DNA of 64,000 nucleotides from Candidatus Uhrbacteria bacterium (lineage in GTDB: Bacteria; Patescibacteriota; Patescibacteriia; JACRJV01), in assembly GCA_016215325.1 (NCBI GenBank), contig JACRJV010000019.1, positions 9,959-73,958 on the forward strand, given 5' to 3'. Of the stretch, positions 40,435 through 52,495 are shown piece after piece. The notes beneath the pieces were generated by a model. It ran no database searches. It worked only from the letters and a program-made list of their open reading frames with translations, and was not told where the DNA came from. The translations under genes and the position numbers were made by a program. The stretch's first letter is position 1. Each line of letters begins with the position of its first letter.

Positions 40435-41880
40435 TTACACAGGGTCTAGCAAGAAGCCGCCGACGCGGTGCGGCGGGAGGTACTGCTCGGCCGTCTTAAT
40501 CATGCCCTGCAGAGCATAGTGTATGCCCATCGGTGTCATGCCGGTGAGATGCTCGACCCCGAGGCGCTGAAGAACATGGTAATCAGGGTTGTCGTCGCTC
40601 GCGAGATCGCAACCCACGGCCCTCCCGTATCCCTCCACGATGCCCGGCGTACGCAAGAACTCCTCGAACATCGGTGTCCCCCGCAGTGCCATCACGATCG
40701 AGAGGTAGATCCGCTCCACATGGCCGGTCGCCAGCAATACTTCGAGCGATCGGAGATTTTGTTGGCAGCTTCGGGGCGACTCGCCAGGCAGCCCCAAGAG
40801 ATACGCCATAGTCGTGCGGATTCCGTTACTGCCCAATGCGGTGATCACGCGCTTGCAGTCTCCAATGCTTACTGCCGCTTTGTTCACCCGCGTGATCTGC
40901 TCCAGTCCGAAGCTCTCTACCCCGAAGAAAAGGCTGAATACGCCAATGACGTGTAATGCGGCTATCATGCGATCGAATTCCACCGGAGTAAGCGCAATGA
41001 AGTCCGGCATATAGGCGTAGGCGCGAATCATCGGCGTAGGAACGCTCATTGGCTCGGCCGTCGCGAGTTGCTCCATGCGAGTCAGACTCACGGGGAAAAT
41101 GTCATCCGCCATATAGAAGAGCGTCGCCCCATAGTTTTGCCGCAGGAATTCGATCTGCCTCCAGAACGCATCGGGATGCAATACCCGGCCGACAGTTTCG
41201 GCCGATGTGCAGTACGTGCACACACCTTCTTTGATCGCCTTCATGCACCCGCGGAAACTGAACATGGTCAGTGGCGGCACCAGCCACGGATCGAAGCCCG
41301 TCTCGCCTATGCTAGCGATTGCGTGAAGATAGGGAGCGAGTCGACGATCGCGATGCTCAAAACTCTCGAAGTCCCACAATGGGAGTGCGTCCATTGGCGT
41401 GAACGTAGGGTGCGTAAACCGCACGTAGTTACCATCCCGATACCAGCAGTTCGGGAGAATCCGCACTGGTGCTCCGCTTACAATCCTCTCGAGCGCTTGT
41501 TCACCATCGCGCACGACGACAGTGTCGATGAACGAATACTTCTGGAGCATCAAGCGTGCGACCCCACCGGTGTTCGGGCCGCCAACCACGACGTGTGCGT
41601 CGGGATTCTTTTCTTTCGTCATTTTCGCGATCCCGACCACCCGTTCGTGATTGGAGAACCAATCCGTGAATCCGATCACATCGTATTCGGCCGCTCGCTC
41701 TGCGATCTTTTCGTCATCACGATCAGGATCAAGGCAAATGACTTCCGAATGACCATGTGCGCGTAGGTACGAACTGAGTACGGCCAAACCCGTTTCCGGC
41801 GGACGAACCGTTGACTCGTAGGCTTGCCGAGCGCCGTAGCGCTCATCAGCGTTGGGTTGGACGAGCGCAATTCTCACCAT
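40435..41880 (-). CDS. B12-binding-domain radical SAM protein with non-canonical Cx8Cx2C cluster motif
   Basis: N-terminal cobalamin-binding fold (RIALVQP...GLAVLSSYLRAHGHSEVICLD...DVIGFT), then FRGCMKAIKEGVCTYCT and a TIM-barrel-like remainder. Confidence 0.75.
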   Translation of the reverse strand: MVRIALVQPNADERYGARQAYESTVRPPETGLAVLSSYLRAHGHSEVICLDPDRDDEKIAERAAEYDVIGFTDWFSNHERVVGIAKMTKEKNPDAHVVVGGPNTGGVARLMLQKYSFIDTVVVRDGEQALERIVSGAPVRILPNCWYRDGNYVRFTHPTFTPMDALPLWDFESFEHRDRRLAPYLHAIASIGETGFDPWLVPPLTMFSFRGCMKAIKEGVCTYCTSAETVGRVLHPDAFWRQIEFLRQNYGATLFYMADDIFPVSLTRMEQLATAEPMSVPTPMIRAYAYMPDFIALTPVEFDRMIAALHVIGVFSLFFGVESFGLEQITRVNKAAVSIGDCKRVITALGSNGIRTTMAYLLGLPGESPRSCQQNLRSLEVLLATGHVERIYLSIVMALRGTPMFEEFLRTPGIVEGYGRAVGCDLASDDNPDYHVLQRLGVEHLTGMTPMGIHYALQGMIKTAEQYLPPHRVGGFLLDPV

Positions 41881-41897
41881 GTTGATTCACCTCCTCG

Positions 41898-42212
41898 TCA
41901 GTGGGGCCGTTGAATCGCGTCTCCATTCTTGTAGGACGGATCCAACTTCTTCACAAAAAGACGCTTCCACAAGGGCGCCACAGGGTCTGCGAGCACTCCA
42001 TATTGACCGCTGCGACAGATGAGGGTATATCGCTTCCGCTGGGGAATGCGGTCCACGTCGATGAACTGCCGAGTGTCGTCCAGGGCACGCAGAATTTCCT
42101 CCCAACCAGCAAAGCGACCACATACATACCCCAACCACCCTCCCAGTAACAGAGAGAGCGCTACTGTCCATAGAAATCGTTTCGCGAGATCACTTCTTTC
42201 AATCCGCATCAT
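41898..42212 (-). CDS. small membrane-anchored hypothetical protein
   Basis: N-terminal TM helix (LWTVALSLLLGGWLGYVCG); start of the GC-elevated three-gene unit. Confidence 0.35.
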   Translation of the reverse strand: MMRIERSDLAKRFLWTVALSLLLGGWLGYVCGRFAGWEEILRALDDTRQFIDVDRIPQRKRYTLICRSGQYGVLADPVAPLWKRLFVKKLDPSYKNGDAIQRPH

Positions 42213-42390
42213 GATCGCCCCTTCCAGATCGTATCCGATCTAATTTTCACCAACACCGTGTTATAAACGTGCGTTCCGGTCGACAGCCTATGCTATTGCA
42301 ATCAACGTTGTATCGTATTCAACTTTCACACTATAGTCAATGATTGTCCTAAAACATAACATTCTATCGAGAAGAATTTAATATCAATGA

Positions 42391-42404
42391 TCAATATATA
42401 TTGA
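42391..42404. promoter_or_regulatory. Palindromic candidate operator TCAATATATATTGA upstream of the trmB-like gene
   Basis: Perfect inverted repeat about 95 bp upstream of the 42499 start; near-identical to the 2352-2366 site. Confidence 0.4.
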
Positions 42405-42498
42405 CAATTTACTCACATTTTTCTATATTGATTTCATGTTGTCATAAATATCGACAAATTAAAATTGCCTGTGCTTGTCGAAGGCCTAATGAAACCCT

Positions 42499-43245
42499 AT
42501 GAAAATCGAAGATGTCCTCAAACAATATGGCCTGGATGCCGATGAAACTGCAGTTTATTTGGCAGCCCTTCAACTCGGCGGGAGCCCGGTGCAAGAAATT
42601 TCCAACCAATCGGGTGTCAAACGCACCAGCGTCTATTTAGTGGCAAAGTCTTTAATGAACAAGGGTATTTTGGGCGAATACAAAACCCGCCGGGGCTTGC
42701 ATTTGGTCGCACAACCGCCGGAATTACTGGTTTCTCAACTCGAGGAAAAGGCCAAAGCCATGGCCAGCATCATCCCCCGCCTTAAAGCCATTGCTAAAAA
42801 AGAGCCGCATAAGCCGCAAGTACAATATTTTGAAGGAAAGCAAGGTTATTTTTCGGTGTGCGAAGATACTTTGCAAAAACATGCTAGCGAACTCCTGTGG
42901 CTGGGCGACCCAGCTGAAATTTATGCTGTTATCGGCGAGAAATACGACAACGACTATTACATCCCTACCCGCGTTAAACGGAAAATCTGCCTCCGCGGAC
43001 TGTTAATAAAAAATGCTTGGTCAGAAAAACTAGTGGCCAACAATCGACCAGACCTTTTGCGCGATATCAAATTCCTCCCCGACGATTTCCCGTTTTGTTC
43101 CACTCAATTCATCTATCATAATAAAGTCGCTTTTATTAGTTCGACGAATGAATTGATCAGCGTTCTGGTCCACAGCCAAGATTTGGCTGCCATGGAACGA
43201 GCTAAGTTCGAACTTCTTTGGAGTAAATATGCTCTGTTGAGATAA
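42499..43245 (+). CDS. TrmB-family HTH transcriptional regulator
   Basis: IEDVLKQYGLDADETAVYLAALQLGGSPVQEISNQSGVKRTSVYLVAKSLMNKGIL. Confidence 0.7.
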   Translation: MKIEDVLKQYGLDADETAVYLAALQLGGSPVQEISNQSGVKRTSVYLVAKSLMNKGILGEYKTRRGLHLVAQPPELLVSQLEEKAKAMASIIPRLKAIAKKEPHKPQVQYFEGKQGYFSVCEDTLQKHASELLWLGDPAEIYAVIGEKYDNDYYIPTRVKRKICLRGLLIKNAWSEKLVANNRPDLLRDIKFLPDDFPFCSTQFIYHNKVAFISSTNELISVLVHSQDLAAMERAKFELLWSKYALLR

Positions 43246-43311
43246 TATTTTTGCTTATTGGATCTTGACCATACTAAGCGTTCTTGCTTCAATATGTCCG
43301 CAACTGGGCTA

Positions 43312-43339
43312 TTGACATCGCTCTAAATATCCGTATAAT
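43312..43339 (+). promoter_or_regulatory. sigma70-like promoter of the 23S-5S rRNA unit (TTGACA - 16 nt - TATAAT)
   Basis: ttgacatcgctctaaatatccgtataat lies about 310 nt upstream of the 23S 5' end. Confidence 0.55.
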
Positions 43340-43648
43340 AGAAAGGCACTCTAAAAAAGCTGTAAATCTTCCTTACTTACTCTTGACCCCAACGATGTGA
43401 AATCTCTCTTCTCTCTTTCCCGAATTCTCCCAAGCGGCTAAGTTTTGCTCGAAACCCGAACGCTGCTTGATGGACCAAGTAGCGTTTTTTAGTTCTTCAT
43501 TGGCGATGGCGATGTTGCGACACGATGATAGCGAAGGCCCCCCTTCCCTGTGACCGGTTCACAACCAGAACGCAAATTGACAATTCGGTAGTAGTAAACC
43601 ATGCAACAAATTTAGTGGTCCATTAAGAGGGTTACATGCTCTTTTAAT

Positions 43649-46758
<3,110 letters not shown>

Positions 46759-46793
46759 ATTAAAAGGCATGGAATACATCTATTCTCTTCAGT

Positions 46794-46920
46794 GTGGTCT
46801 TGGTGATCTCAAGCGGCATGGAACCACCTCTTCCCATCCCGAACAGAGTCGTGAAACGTGCCAGCACCGATGATACTTGGGTTAAACCAAGCCCTGGGAA
46901 CGTAGGCCATTGCCAAGACC
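46794..46920 (+). rRNA. rrf: 5S ribosomal RNA
   Basis: CCCATCCCGAACAGAGTCGTGAAACGTGCCAGCACCGATGATACTTGGG... with complementary ends tggtcttggtga / ccattgccaagacc. Confidence 0.8.
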
Positions 46921-46936
46921 ATATTGAAGAGAATGA

Positions 46937-46968
46937 AAACACCCCCAATCAAAGGGGTGTTTCTTATT
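46937..46968 (+). terminator. rho-independent terminator of the rRNA unit
   Basis: aaacacccccaatcaaaggggtgttt hairpin followed by cttattgttt. Confidence 0.6.
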
Positions 46969-47041
46969 GTTTCATTGTAAGATACTCTTAATCTCAACGT
47001 ATTGTATACTATAGGAGGCTACCACTGGTAGCATTTTCATC

Positions 47042-48235
47042 ATGATTACTCCTTCCTCAATTATGAGCTCCATTAGCAAAACTTCACTTTTATCTCTGAT
47101 TGCCTCCATCCTATTAGGAGGTGCCGTTGTCGACACTATATGGCAAATGCCAACGACACAATCAGCAGGCAATCCTGCCACGATCGTTGTCCCCGAAGAA
47201 CAAGCAATTATTACCGCAGTAAAAAAAGCACGCCCAGCTGTTGTGAGCATTGTGGCCAACAAGAAGGTGACGGTGCAGCCGCCTATTATTTTCCAATTCC
47301 CCAACGATTTCTTTAATGATCCATTCTTCCAACTCCCACGCCAACAACCGCAAACACAGCCCCGAGAGGAAGAACGCGAGGTCGGCAGCGGCACTGGATT
47401 TATCGTGGACCCCAATGGCATGATTGTCACCAACAACCACGTTGCCGGGGATCCGAGCGCAACATATAAGGTCATTCTCAATGATGGTCGTTCGCTTCCA
47501 GGAACTATTATTGCTACCGATCCGGTCAACGATATCGCGGTACTCAAGATTGCTGCCACTGGGCTTCCAACAATCCCGTTGGGTAATTCTGATACGATTG
47601 AAATTGGCCAAACGGTGGTGGCGATCGGAAATTCCCTGGGCCGCTATCAAAACACGGTCACGCGCGGGGTCATCAGCGGGACCGGACGCAATGTGGTGGC
47701 CGGTGACAACCGGGGGCGTGCCGAAGAACTCACGAACATTTTACAGACCGATGCAGCAATTAACCCCGGCAACTCCGGTGGGCCACTGGTCAACAGCAAG
47801 GGTGAAGCAGTCGGGATGAACACGGCAACGGATTTGCAGGGCCAAAGCATCGGTTTCGCAATCCCCATTAATGTGGTCAAAGAAGTGGTGACATCCGTTC
47901 GAACAACCGGCAAGATCATTCGCCCCTGGCTCGGTGTCCGCTTTGTCATGATCACTCCGGAGATTAAATCCCAACGACAAATCAACGTATCGGACGGCGC
48001 ATTACTCGTTTCTGGTGGCAGTGGTGAACCGGCGGTCATCGAATCCTCGCCCGCATTCCGGGCAGGGATGCGAGAAGGCGACATCATTCAAACGATTGAT
48101 GGGGAAAAGCTCCAAAGCACCAAGACATTGCAAAGTATTATTGCGCGTCATAAGGTCGGCGATAATCTCAAGCTCAAGGTACTACGCGATGGGAAAACAA
48201 TAAACGTCAACGTGCGGCTCGAGCAAGCCCCGTGA
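47042..48235 (+). CDS. htrA: HtrA/DegP-family serine protease (trypsin-like domain plus PDZ)
   Basis: GSGTGFIVDPNGMIVTNNHV, ...INPGNSGGPLVN (catalytic Ser), C-terminal PDZ (GDIIQTIDGEKL). Confidence 0.85.
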   Translation: MITPSSIMSSISKTSLLSLIASILLGGAVVDTIWQMPTTQSAGNPATIVVPEEQAIITAVKKARPAVVSIVANKKVTVQPPIIFQFPNDFFNDPFFQLPRQQPQTQPREEEREVGSGTGFIVDPNGMIVTNNHVAGDPSATYKVILNDGRSLPGTIIATDPVNDIAVLKIAATGLPTIPLGNSDTIEIGQTVVAIGNSLGRYQNTVTRGVISGTGRNVVAGDNRGRAEELTNILQTDAAINPGNSGGPLVNSKGEAVGMNTATDLQGQSIGFAIPINVVKEVVTSVRTTGKIIRPWLGVRFVMITPEIKSQRQINVSDGALLVSGGSGEPAVIESSPAFRAGMREGDIIQTIDGEKLQSTKTLQSIIARHKVGDNLKLKVLRDGKTINVNVRLEQAP

Positions 48236-48261
48236 ACAGTACAAATCGATCCGAATACAAA

Positions 48262-48290
48262 AACGCTCTGTGCTATCAGAGCATTTTTGT
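48262..48290. terminator. rho-independent terminator between convergent htrA and trxB
   Basis: gctctgtgctatcagagc hairpin followed by atttttg. Confidence 0.55.
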
Positions 48291-48312
48291 CATATTCGGT
48301 TTTATTCGGGCG

Positions 48313-49254
48313 TCATTCGGATCGATTCGTACTCATCAGACCACCCACGTACTGATACGCGCTCGTTGCCGCCATCGATCCTTGTGCGGCGGCCACAATA
48401 TCTTGTTTAAATCCTCCAGTCTCATTACAGAGATCACCGGCTACCATGACGCCGGGAATATTGGCTTGCATAAAGGGGTCGACTTCCACAAATCCCCGGG
48501 CATCCAACTCGACACCCAGTGATTTGGCAAGATCGTTATTCGGCAATGCCCCCACCTCCACAAACAGTCCCCCAAGGGCTAGTTCGACGGAACCGTTCAA
48601 GGGTTTACTTAAAATAATTTTTTCCAATCGATCAGCTCCAATAATCTCTTTGACTTCTGTCTCATACACCATCTCAACATTTTTCTTTTGCGTGAGCCGG
48701 GCGTAGTTCACCGGCTCTGCATTGACCGCTTTCCCTCGCGCGATCAGATAGACCTTTTCGGCATAGAGCGCCGCAAGGTTTGCTCCCTTTACCGATGAAT
48801 CCCCTCCACCGATTATTGCAATGGTCTTCCCCTTGTACAGTGGCGCATCGCACGTTGTGCAGTAGGATACCCCTTTGCCCGTGAGCGCTTCTTCGTTGGG
48901 CAAATTCAACCGGCGGCGGCGCGATCCCGTGGCAAGAATCACGCTTTTAGCCTCCAGAGTTTCTCCGCTACCCAGTGTTGCGACAAAGTGGCCTTCGGCT
49001 TTCTTGGTAATCGCCGTCACCCATCCGGCCATGATTTTCGCACCCACATGCTCTGCTTGTTCCTTCATCTTCACCATCAAATCATACCCGTCAATCTCAA
49101 TGTAGCCCGGGTAATTTTCAATCAGTGCCGCCACGGCCGTCTCGCCGCCAAAATCTTTCCCTTGGACAATCACGGTATTCAAAAGATATCGACCGGCATA
49201 AATGCCAGCAGAGAGCCCCGCTGCGCCAGAACCCACAACAAGAAGATCGTACAT
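48313..49254 (-). CDS. trxB: thioredoxin-disulfide reductase
   Basis: DLLVVGSGAAGLSAGIYAGR (FAD), SYCTTCD (redox CxxC), IIGGGDSSV (NADPH). Confidence 0.85.
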   Translation of the reverse strand: MYDLLVVGSGAAGLSAGIYAGRYLLNTVIVQGKDFGGETAVAALIENYPGYIEIDGYDLMVKMKEQAEHVGAKIMAGWVTAITKKAEGHFVATLGSGETLEAKSVILATGSRRRRLNLPNEEALTGKGVSYCTTCDAPLYKGKTIAIIGGGDSSVKGANLAALYAEKVYLIARGKAVNAEPVNYARLTQKKNVEMVYETEVKEIIGADRLEKIILSKPLNGSVELALGGLFVEVGALPNNDLAKSLGVELDARGFVEVDPFMQANIPGVMVAGDLCNETGGFKQDIVAAAQGSMAATSAYQYVGGLMSTNRSE

Positions 49255-49343
49255 AAAACTAGTATATGGTATGAGGTATAGGGTATAAAGTATACGCCGA
49301 AATCATTAGGAAACGTCGCGCGGTATACCTTATACTTAATACC
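49255..49343. repeat. Intercistronic palindromic repeat (GTATAGGGTATAAAGTATAC ... GTATACCTTATACTTAATACCTTATACC)
   Basis: Inverted repeat of GGTAT/ATACC-rich words between trxB and the glutaredoxin-like gene. Confidence 0.5.
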
Positions 49344-49610
49344 TTATACCCCGATACCAAGTGCGCTTGCCAACGCCGACTGATCAAACCCGATAATTAA
49401 TTGCTCATTGCCGCCATCTTCGTCCGAGATGGCAATCACCGGTACCCCCATTTGACCAGACTTATTAATCATTTCATCGGCCGCCGATTGATCGATCGCC
49501 ACATCTTTTTCAATGTAGGCGATGTTATTATCCTTAAAATAGGCCTTTGCCATCTTGCAATAGCCGCAGGTCGGGGTGGTGTAAATTATAACCTTCTTCA
49601 TATTTGCCAA
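49344..49610 (-). CDS. glutaredoxin-like (NrdH/YruB-type) small redox protein
   Basis: VIIYTTPTCGYCKMAKAYF (CxxC), ...GVPVIAI... Confidence 0.65.
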   Translation of the reverse strand: MANMKKVIIYTTPTCGYCKMAKAYFKDNNIAYIEKDVAIDQSAADEMINKSGQMGVPVIAISDEDGGNEQLIIGFDQSALASALGIGV

Positions 49611-49656
49611 ATTAATAAATTGAGTAGATGGAGTATATCAACACATTGGTCTCGCG

Positions 49657-50997
49657 TCAATAATTGGCGAGCAGCCGCCTCGTTACCGTTTTGTACTCTT
49701 CCACATTGGGTTGGTCGAACGCGTTCACGCCCAACAGCTTCCCAAGGAACATCATCTCGATCATCTTCCACTGCATAAATGCACCGAAGTTGAATTCATT
49801 GAGCTCTGAGAATGTTGCCTGCATAAAAGGATGCTTCTTGCGGGCATACGCCGCTTGAGTTCCTTTGAGAATTGCTTGGAGCACTTCATCGGTCGATCGT
49901 CCGTCAATCACGCCGCCGACCAATGAACCAAGGGCTGTTTTTTTTGGTAATCTCATATTGTCATCCTGGCCCCATACAGCAATAAACGTCGTTACCTTAT
50001 CCTGCGGCCCGCCGAGGTACAGCTGCCCCATCGAATGCAGATCAGTCGAACCAATTGATACCGTTGGCATCATCCCATTCCCTTCTTTACCAATGCTCTC
50101 ACCCATCAGTTGGCGATACCATTTTCCGAGTGATTCCAAGTCTGTCCGGAAGAAAAAATTGTCATTGATTGCGCGCCCATGCGTGGCATGGTGATACAGC
50201 ACGCTCGCGCTCTTTACTGCGGGGCTAGAGTGTAAAGATCCGAGACATTGCCGAACCGCCCACCGGGCTCCGGAGAGCATGGCGGCGACATCAAGATGAG
50301 CGATTGCTAATGGGAACAATCCGACCGCTGTAAAGACCGAGTATCGACCGCCGACAATCTTTGGGATTGCCAACACATGGTATTCTGATTTTTTCGCCAA
50401 CTCCCACAACGGCGAATGTTCATCCGTGGTGACGACGACATCTTCGGGTTGGAACGGCCCGGCCTTTTTTACAAGAAGTTCCGCATTCATGATCGTCTCT
50501 GTCGTGCTGCCGGATTTGCTGATGATATTGAGGATCACGCGCCGTTTTTGCCGACGCGCAATAGCGATTTCATTCTCAATATGCGAGAATTTAAAACGAT
50601 CAACCGTATCAGCGAACAACAATTCGCCGACATTGCTCGCACCCATCACCACTGCGGATGGCCCCCGCAACGCTTCGTACACGGCTTGTGCCCCAAGATT
50701 GGATCCGCCAATACCCACGACGACCAGCAACGGCGCCGGTGCACGAAGGCGATCGACTAGCCGATCAACATCACGGATGATCCGTCGGTCGCCGGGCAGC
50801 GCAATCGACGTCTCGTGTACGGTATAGTCCTTTTGGCGGGCGGCCTTCTTGAGTCGATCAACATAGCCAGCGACCCGGCTGCGATATCGCTTGTACTCAT
50901 CGACACTCAGTCCACTATTGCGGAATGACCAGGTAATCATAGGATGCAATTTTTCCTGAATGACCAAACGCCCAATAACGAAGTTCGGGTCCGTCAT
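49657..50997 (-). CDS. pgi: glucose-6-phosphate isomerase
   Basis: LLVVVGIGGSNLGAQAVYEAL, SKSGSTTET, the catalytic region ...GGRYSVFTAVGL... Start at MTDPNF assumed. Confidence 0.85.
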   Translation of the reverse strand: MTDPNFVIGRLVIQEKLHPMITWSFRNSGLSVDEYKRYRSRVAGYVDRLKKAARQKDYTVHETSIALPGDRRIIRDVDRLVDRLRAPAPLLVVVGIGGSNLGAQAVYEALRGPSAVVMGASNVGELLFADTVDRFKFSHIENEIAIARRQKRRVILNIISKSGSTTETIMNAELLVKKAGPFQPEDVVVTTDEHSPLWELAKKSEYHVLAIPKIVGGRYSVFTAVGLFPLAIAHLDVAAMLSGARWAVRQCLGSLHSSPAVKSASVLYHHATHGRAINDNFFFRTDLESLGKWYRQLMGESIGKEGNGMMPTVSIGSTDLHSMGQLYLGGPQDKVTTFIAVWGQDDNMRLPKKTALGSLVGGVIDGRSTDEVLQAILKGTQAAYARKKHPFMQATFSELNEFNFGAFMQWKMIEMMFLGKLLGVNAFDQPNVEEYKTVTRRLLANY

Positions 50998-51082
50998 TAC
51001 CCTCGATACAAACACTATTGTAGGCATTATAAAACAAAATACCCGCACGGCATAGCCGCACGGGTATCATCCGAGCAAAGAT

Positions 51083-51418
51083 TTATTTCATCTCCCGGTG
51101 AAGCGTATACCCCAACATAAACCGTGCCAGCACCAGGACAATCAACGTGATCAGAGTGTTCGGGGTTGAAGCAGTGGCAGCCGTAATCACCTGTGCTGCA
51201 ATCAAAAATTCAATTCCAACGAGCAGGCGTTTGCCAAAATTTTTGCGGATTTCTTCCCAGCGCTTGAGGGGCTTGAACATGTTGTAGAGTGCCACTAATG
51301 CGTAGGAATACATCATGCTGATGCCAATGATTGTAAGGAAAAATCCAAACAAATCATTGAGGTACACCAGTACATCGTTGGAAAAAAATGTTCCCATAAC
51401 AAATTGTAAAAATGACAA
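51083..51418 (-). CDS. hypothetical small membrane protein (3 TM helices)
   Basis: 111-aa hydrophobic ORF. Confidence 0.45.
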   Translation of the reverse strand: MSFLQFVMGTFFSNDVLVYLNDLFGFFLTIIGISMMYSYALVALYNMFKPLKRWEEIRKNFGKRLLVGIEFLIAAQVITAATASTPNTLITLIVLVLARFMLGYTLHREMK

Positions 51419-51484
51419 GCAGTCATACTATACCATATGTTACAAAAATTAGGAAAAAAGTATCCACACCCATTGCTCAATGTT

Positions 51485-51531
51485 AAAACCGCCACCCCTA
51501 TCCCTCCTTTCAGGTTGGTGTGGCGGTTTTG
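51485..51531. terminator. rho-independent terminator (AAAACCGCCACC...GGTGTGGCGGTTTT) at the 3' end of the GC-rich gene
   Basis: Long hairpin with flanking A/T tracts on both sides. Confidence 0.55.
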
Positions 51532-51533
51532 AT

Positions 51534-52310
51534 TCAGTCGGTGATTGTTTCAAACTGCCCCGCAACGACGACCGGGGCAGTCAGCCGGGCAAGCGCTGCT
51601 TCGAGCACGGCGTTACCAATGCCGTCGTGGCCGTGCTCGTAGCGGAACATCGCCCTGGCAAGGGCGAACAGCCGCGGCTGGTTCACCTGGCCGGCCTGGA
51701 TGAGGCCGAGGTCCTGGTGGTCGCGGACGCCGGTAAACCGGCGAATCGTAGCCACGTAGCCGGATCGATCGTCCTCCACCGTGGTATAACGCGCCACGGT
51801 TTTGGATGGGGTCCGGAACCCGCCCTGGCGGTAGCGCACCAGGACGCAGTCCATCCAAGCGGCGACACCGTCTTCCAACGTCGCAAAGACGATGTGCCCC
51901 CGGCGGTCGCGGCCAACCTCGCCGGGCCATGGACCCTTGCGGCGAGGTTTAAGATTCCCGGGATTGTTGTTGCGCCAGGGAATCGTGGGCTCGTCGACCA
52001 GCCCGCTGCTGTGACGCGACCGCGATGGTGCGATGGTCGGGCTCTGGTCTTTTCGCACGGTCCTCGGGGTTGCGGACGCAGACTCCGCTTCCTGCCAAGG
52101 ATTGCACGCGCGAGAGTCGGGCGCCGTGCTGGCCGCCTGGGCAGCCGCCTTGGTCGTTGCACCCACCGTCGGGTCCTCCTCGTCCCACGGGCTGCACGAT
52201 CGCCCGTCGGCTTGGCTCTGGGGGTAGACGGGCTCGGCGCCCAAGACGAGTGCCGCAGTGACCACGGCGATCGAGATCAAAAGTCTCATCGCAAAACCTC
52301 CAAACATCAC
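51534..52310 (-). CDS. secreted hypothetical protein encoded on strongly GC-rich (likely foreign) DNA
   Basis: Signal peptide MRLLISIAVVTAALVLGAEP. The composition shift is visible (long runs like gccgggcaagcgctgcttcgagcacggcg). The antisense 307-aa ORF is Arg-rich junk typical of high-GC DNA. Confidence 0.5.
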   Translation of the reverse strand: MMFGGFAMRLLISIAVVTAALVLGAEPVYPQSQADGRSCSPWDEEDPTVGATTKAAAQAASTAPDSRACNPWQEAESASATPRTVRKDQSPTIAPSRSRHSSGLVDEPTIPWRNNNPGNLKPRRKGPWPGEVGRDRRGHIVFATLEDGVAAWMDCVLVRYRQGGFRTPSKTVARYTTVEDDRSGYVATIRRFTGVRDHQDLGLIQAGQVNQPRLFALARAMFRYEHGHDGIGNAVLEAALARLTAPVVVAGQFETITD

Positions 52311-52444
52311 CGGTTTTTGGTACTCAATTTTGTAGGTACTCTCAAGAAAAACGAACCGAGCAATATACCATTTTATTTCGAATTCGTCAACCTTTCGGAC
52401 TAATTTCGGACTAATTCAATACCTTTGCATCACCGAGAGCGACA

Positions 52445-52472
52445 TAAAAAACCGACCCTCTATCGGGTCGGC
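52445..52472 (-). terminator. rho-independent terminator after the 52496-53530 gene (ccgacccgatagagggtcgg plus TTTTTTA on minus strand)
   Basis: Read from the reverse complement of accgaccctctatcgggtcgg preceded by aaaaaa. Confidence 0.55.
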
Positions 52473-52495
52473 CTCAGCATCAATGCCAGGATATC

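Noticed and set aside
40435-42212. RiPP biosynthetic cluster (rSAM plus methyltransferase)
   Set aside because: No short precursor-peptide ORF, leader-peptide-binding (RRE) domain, protease or exporter is evident nearby, so a RiPP assignment is not supported.
51480-52403. 307-aa plus-strand ORF and several 60-160-aa ORFs overlapping the GC-rich gene
   Set aside because: They are Arg/Gly/Pro-rich antisense pseudo-ORFs typical of high-GC DNA. The minus-strand ORF has a signal peptide and flanking terminators and is the plausible gene.
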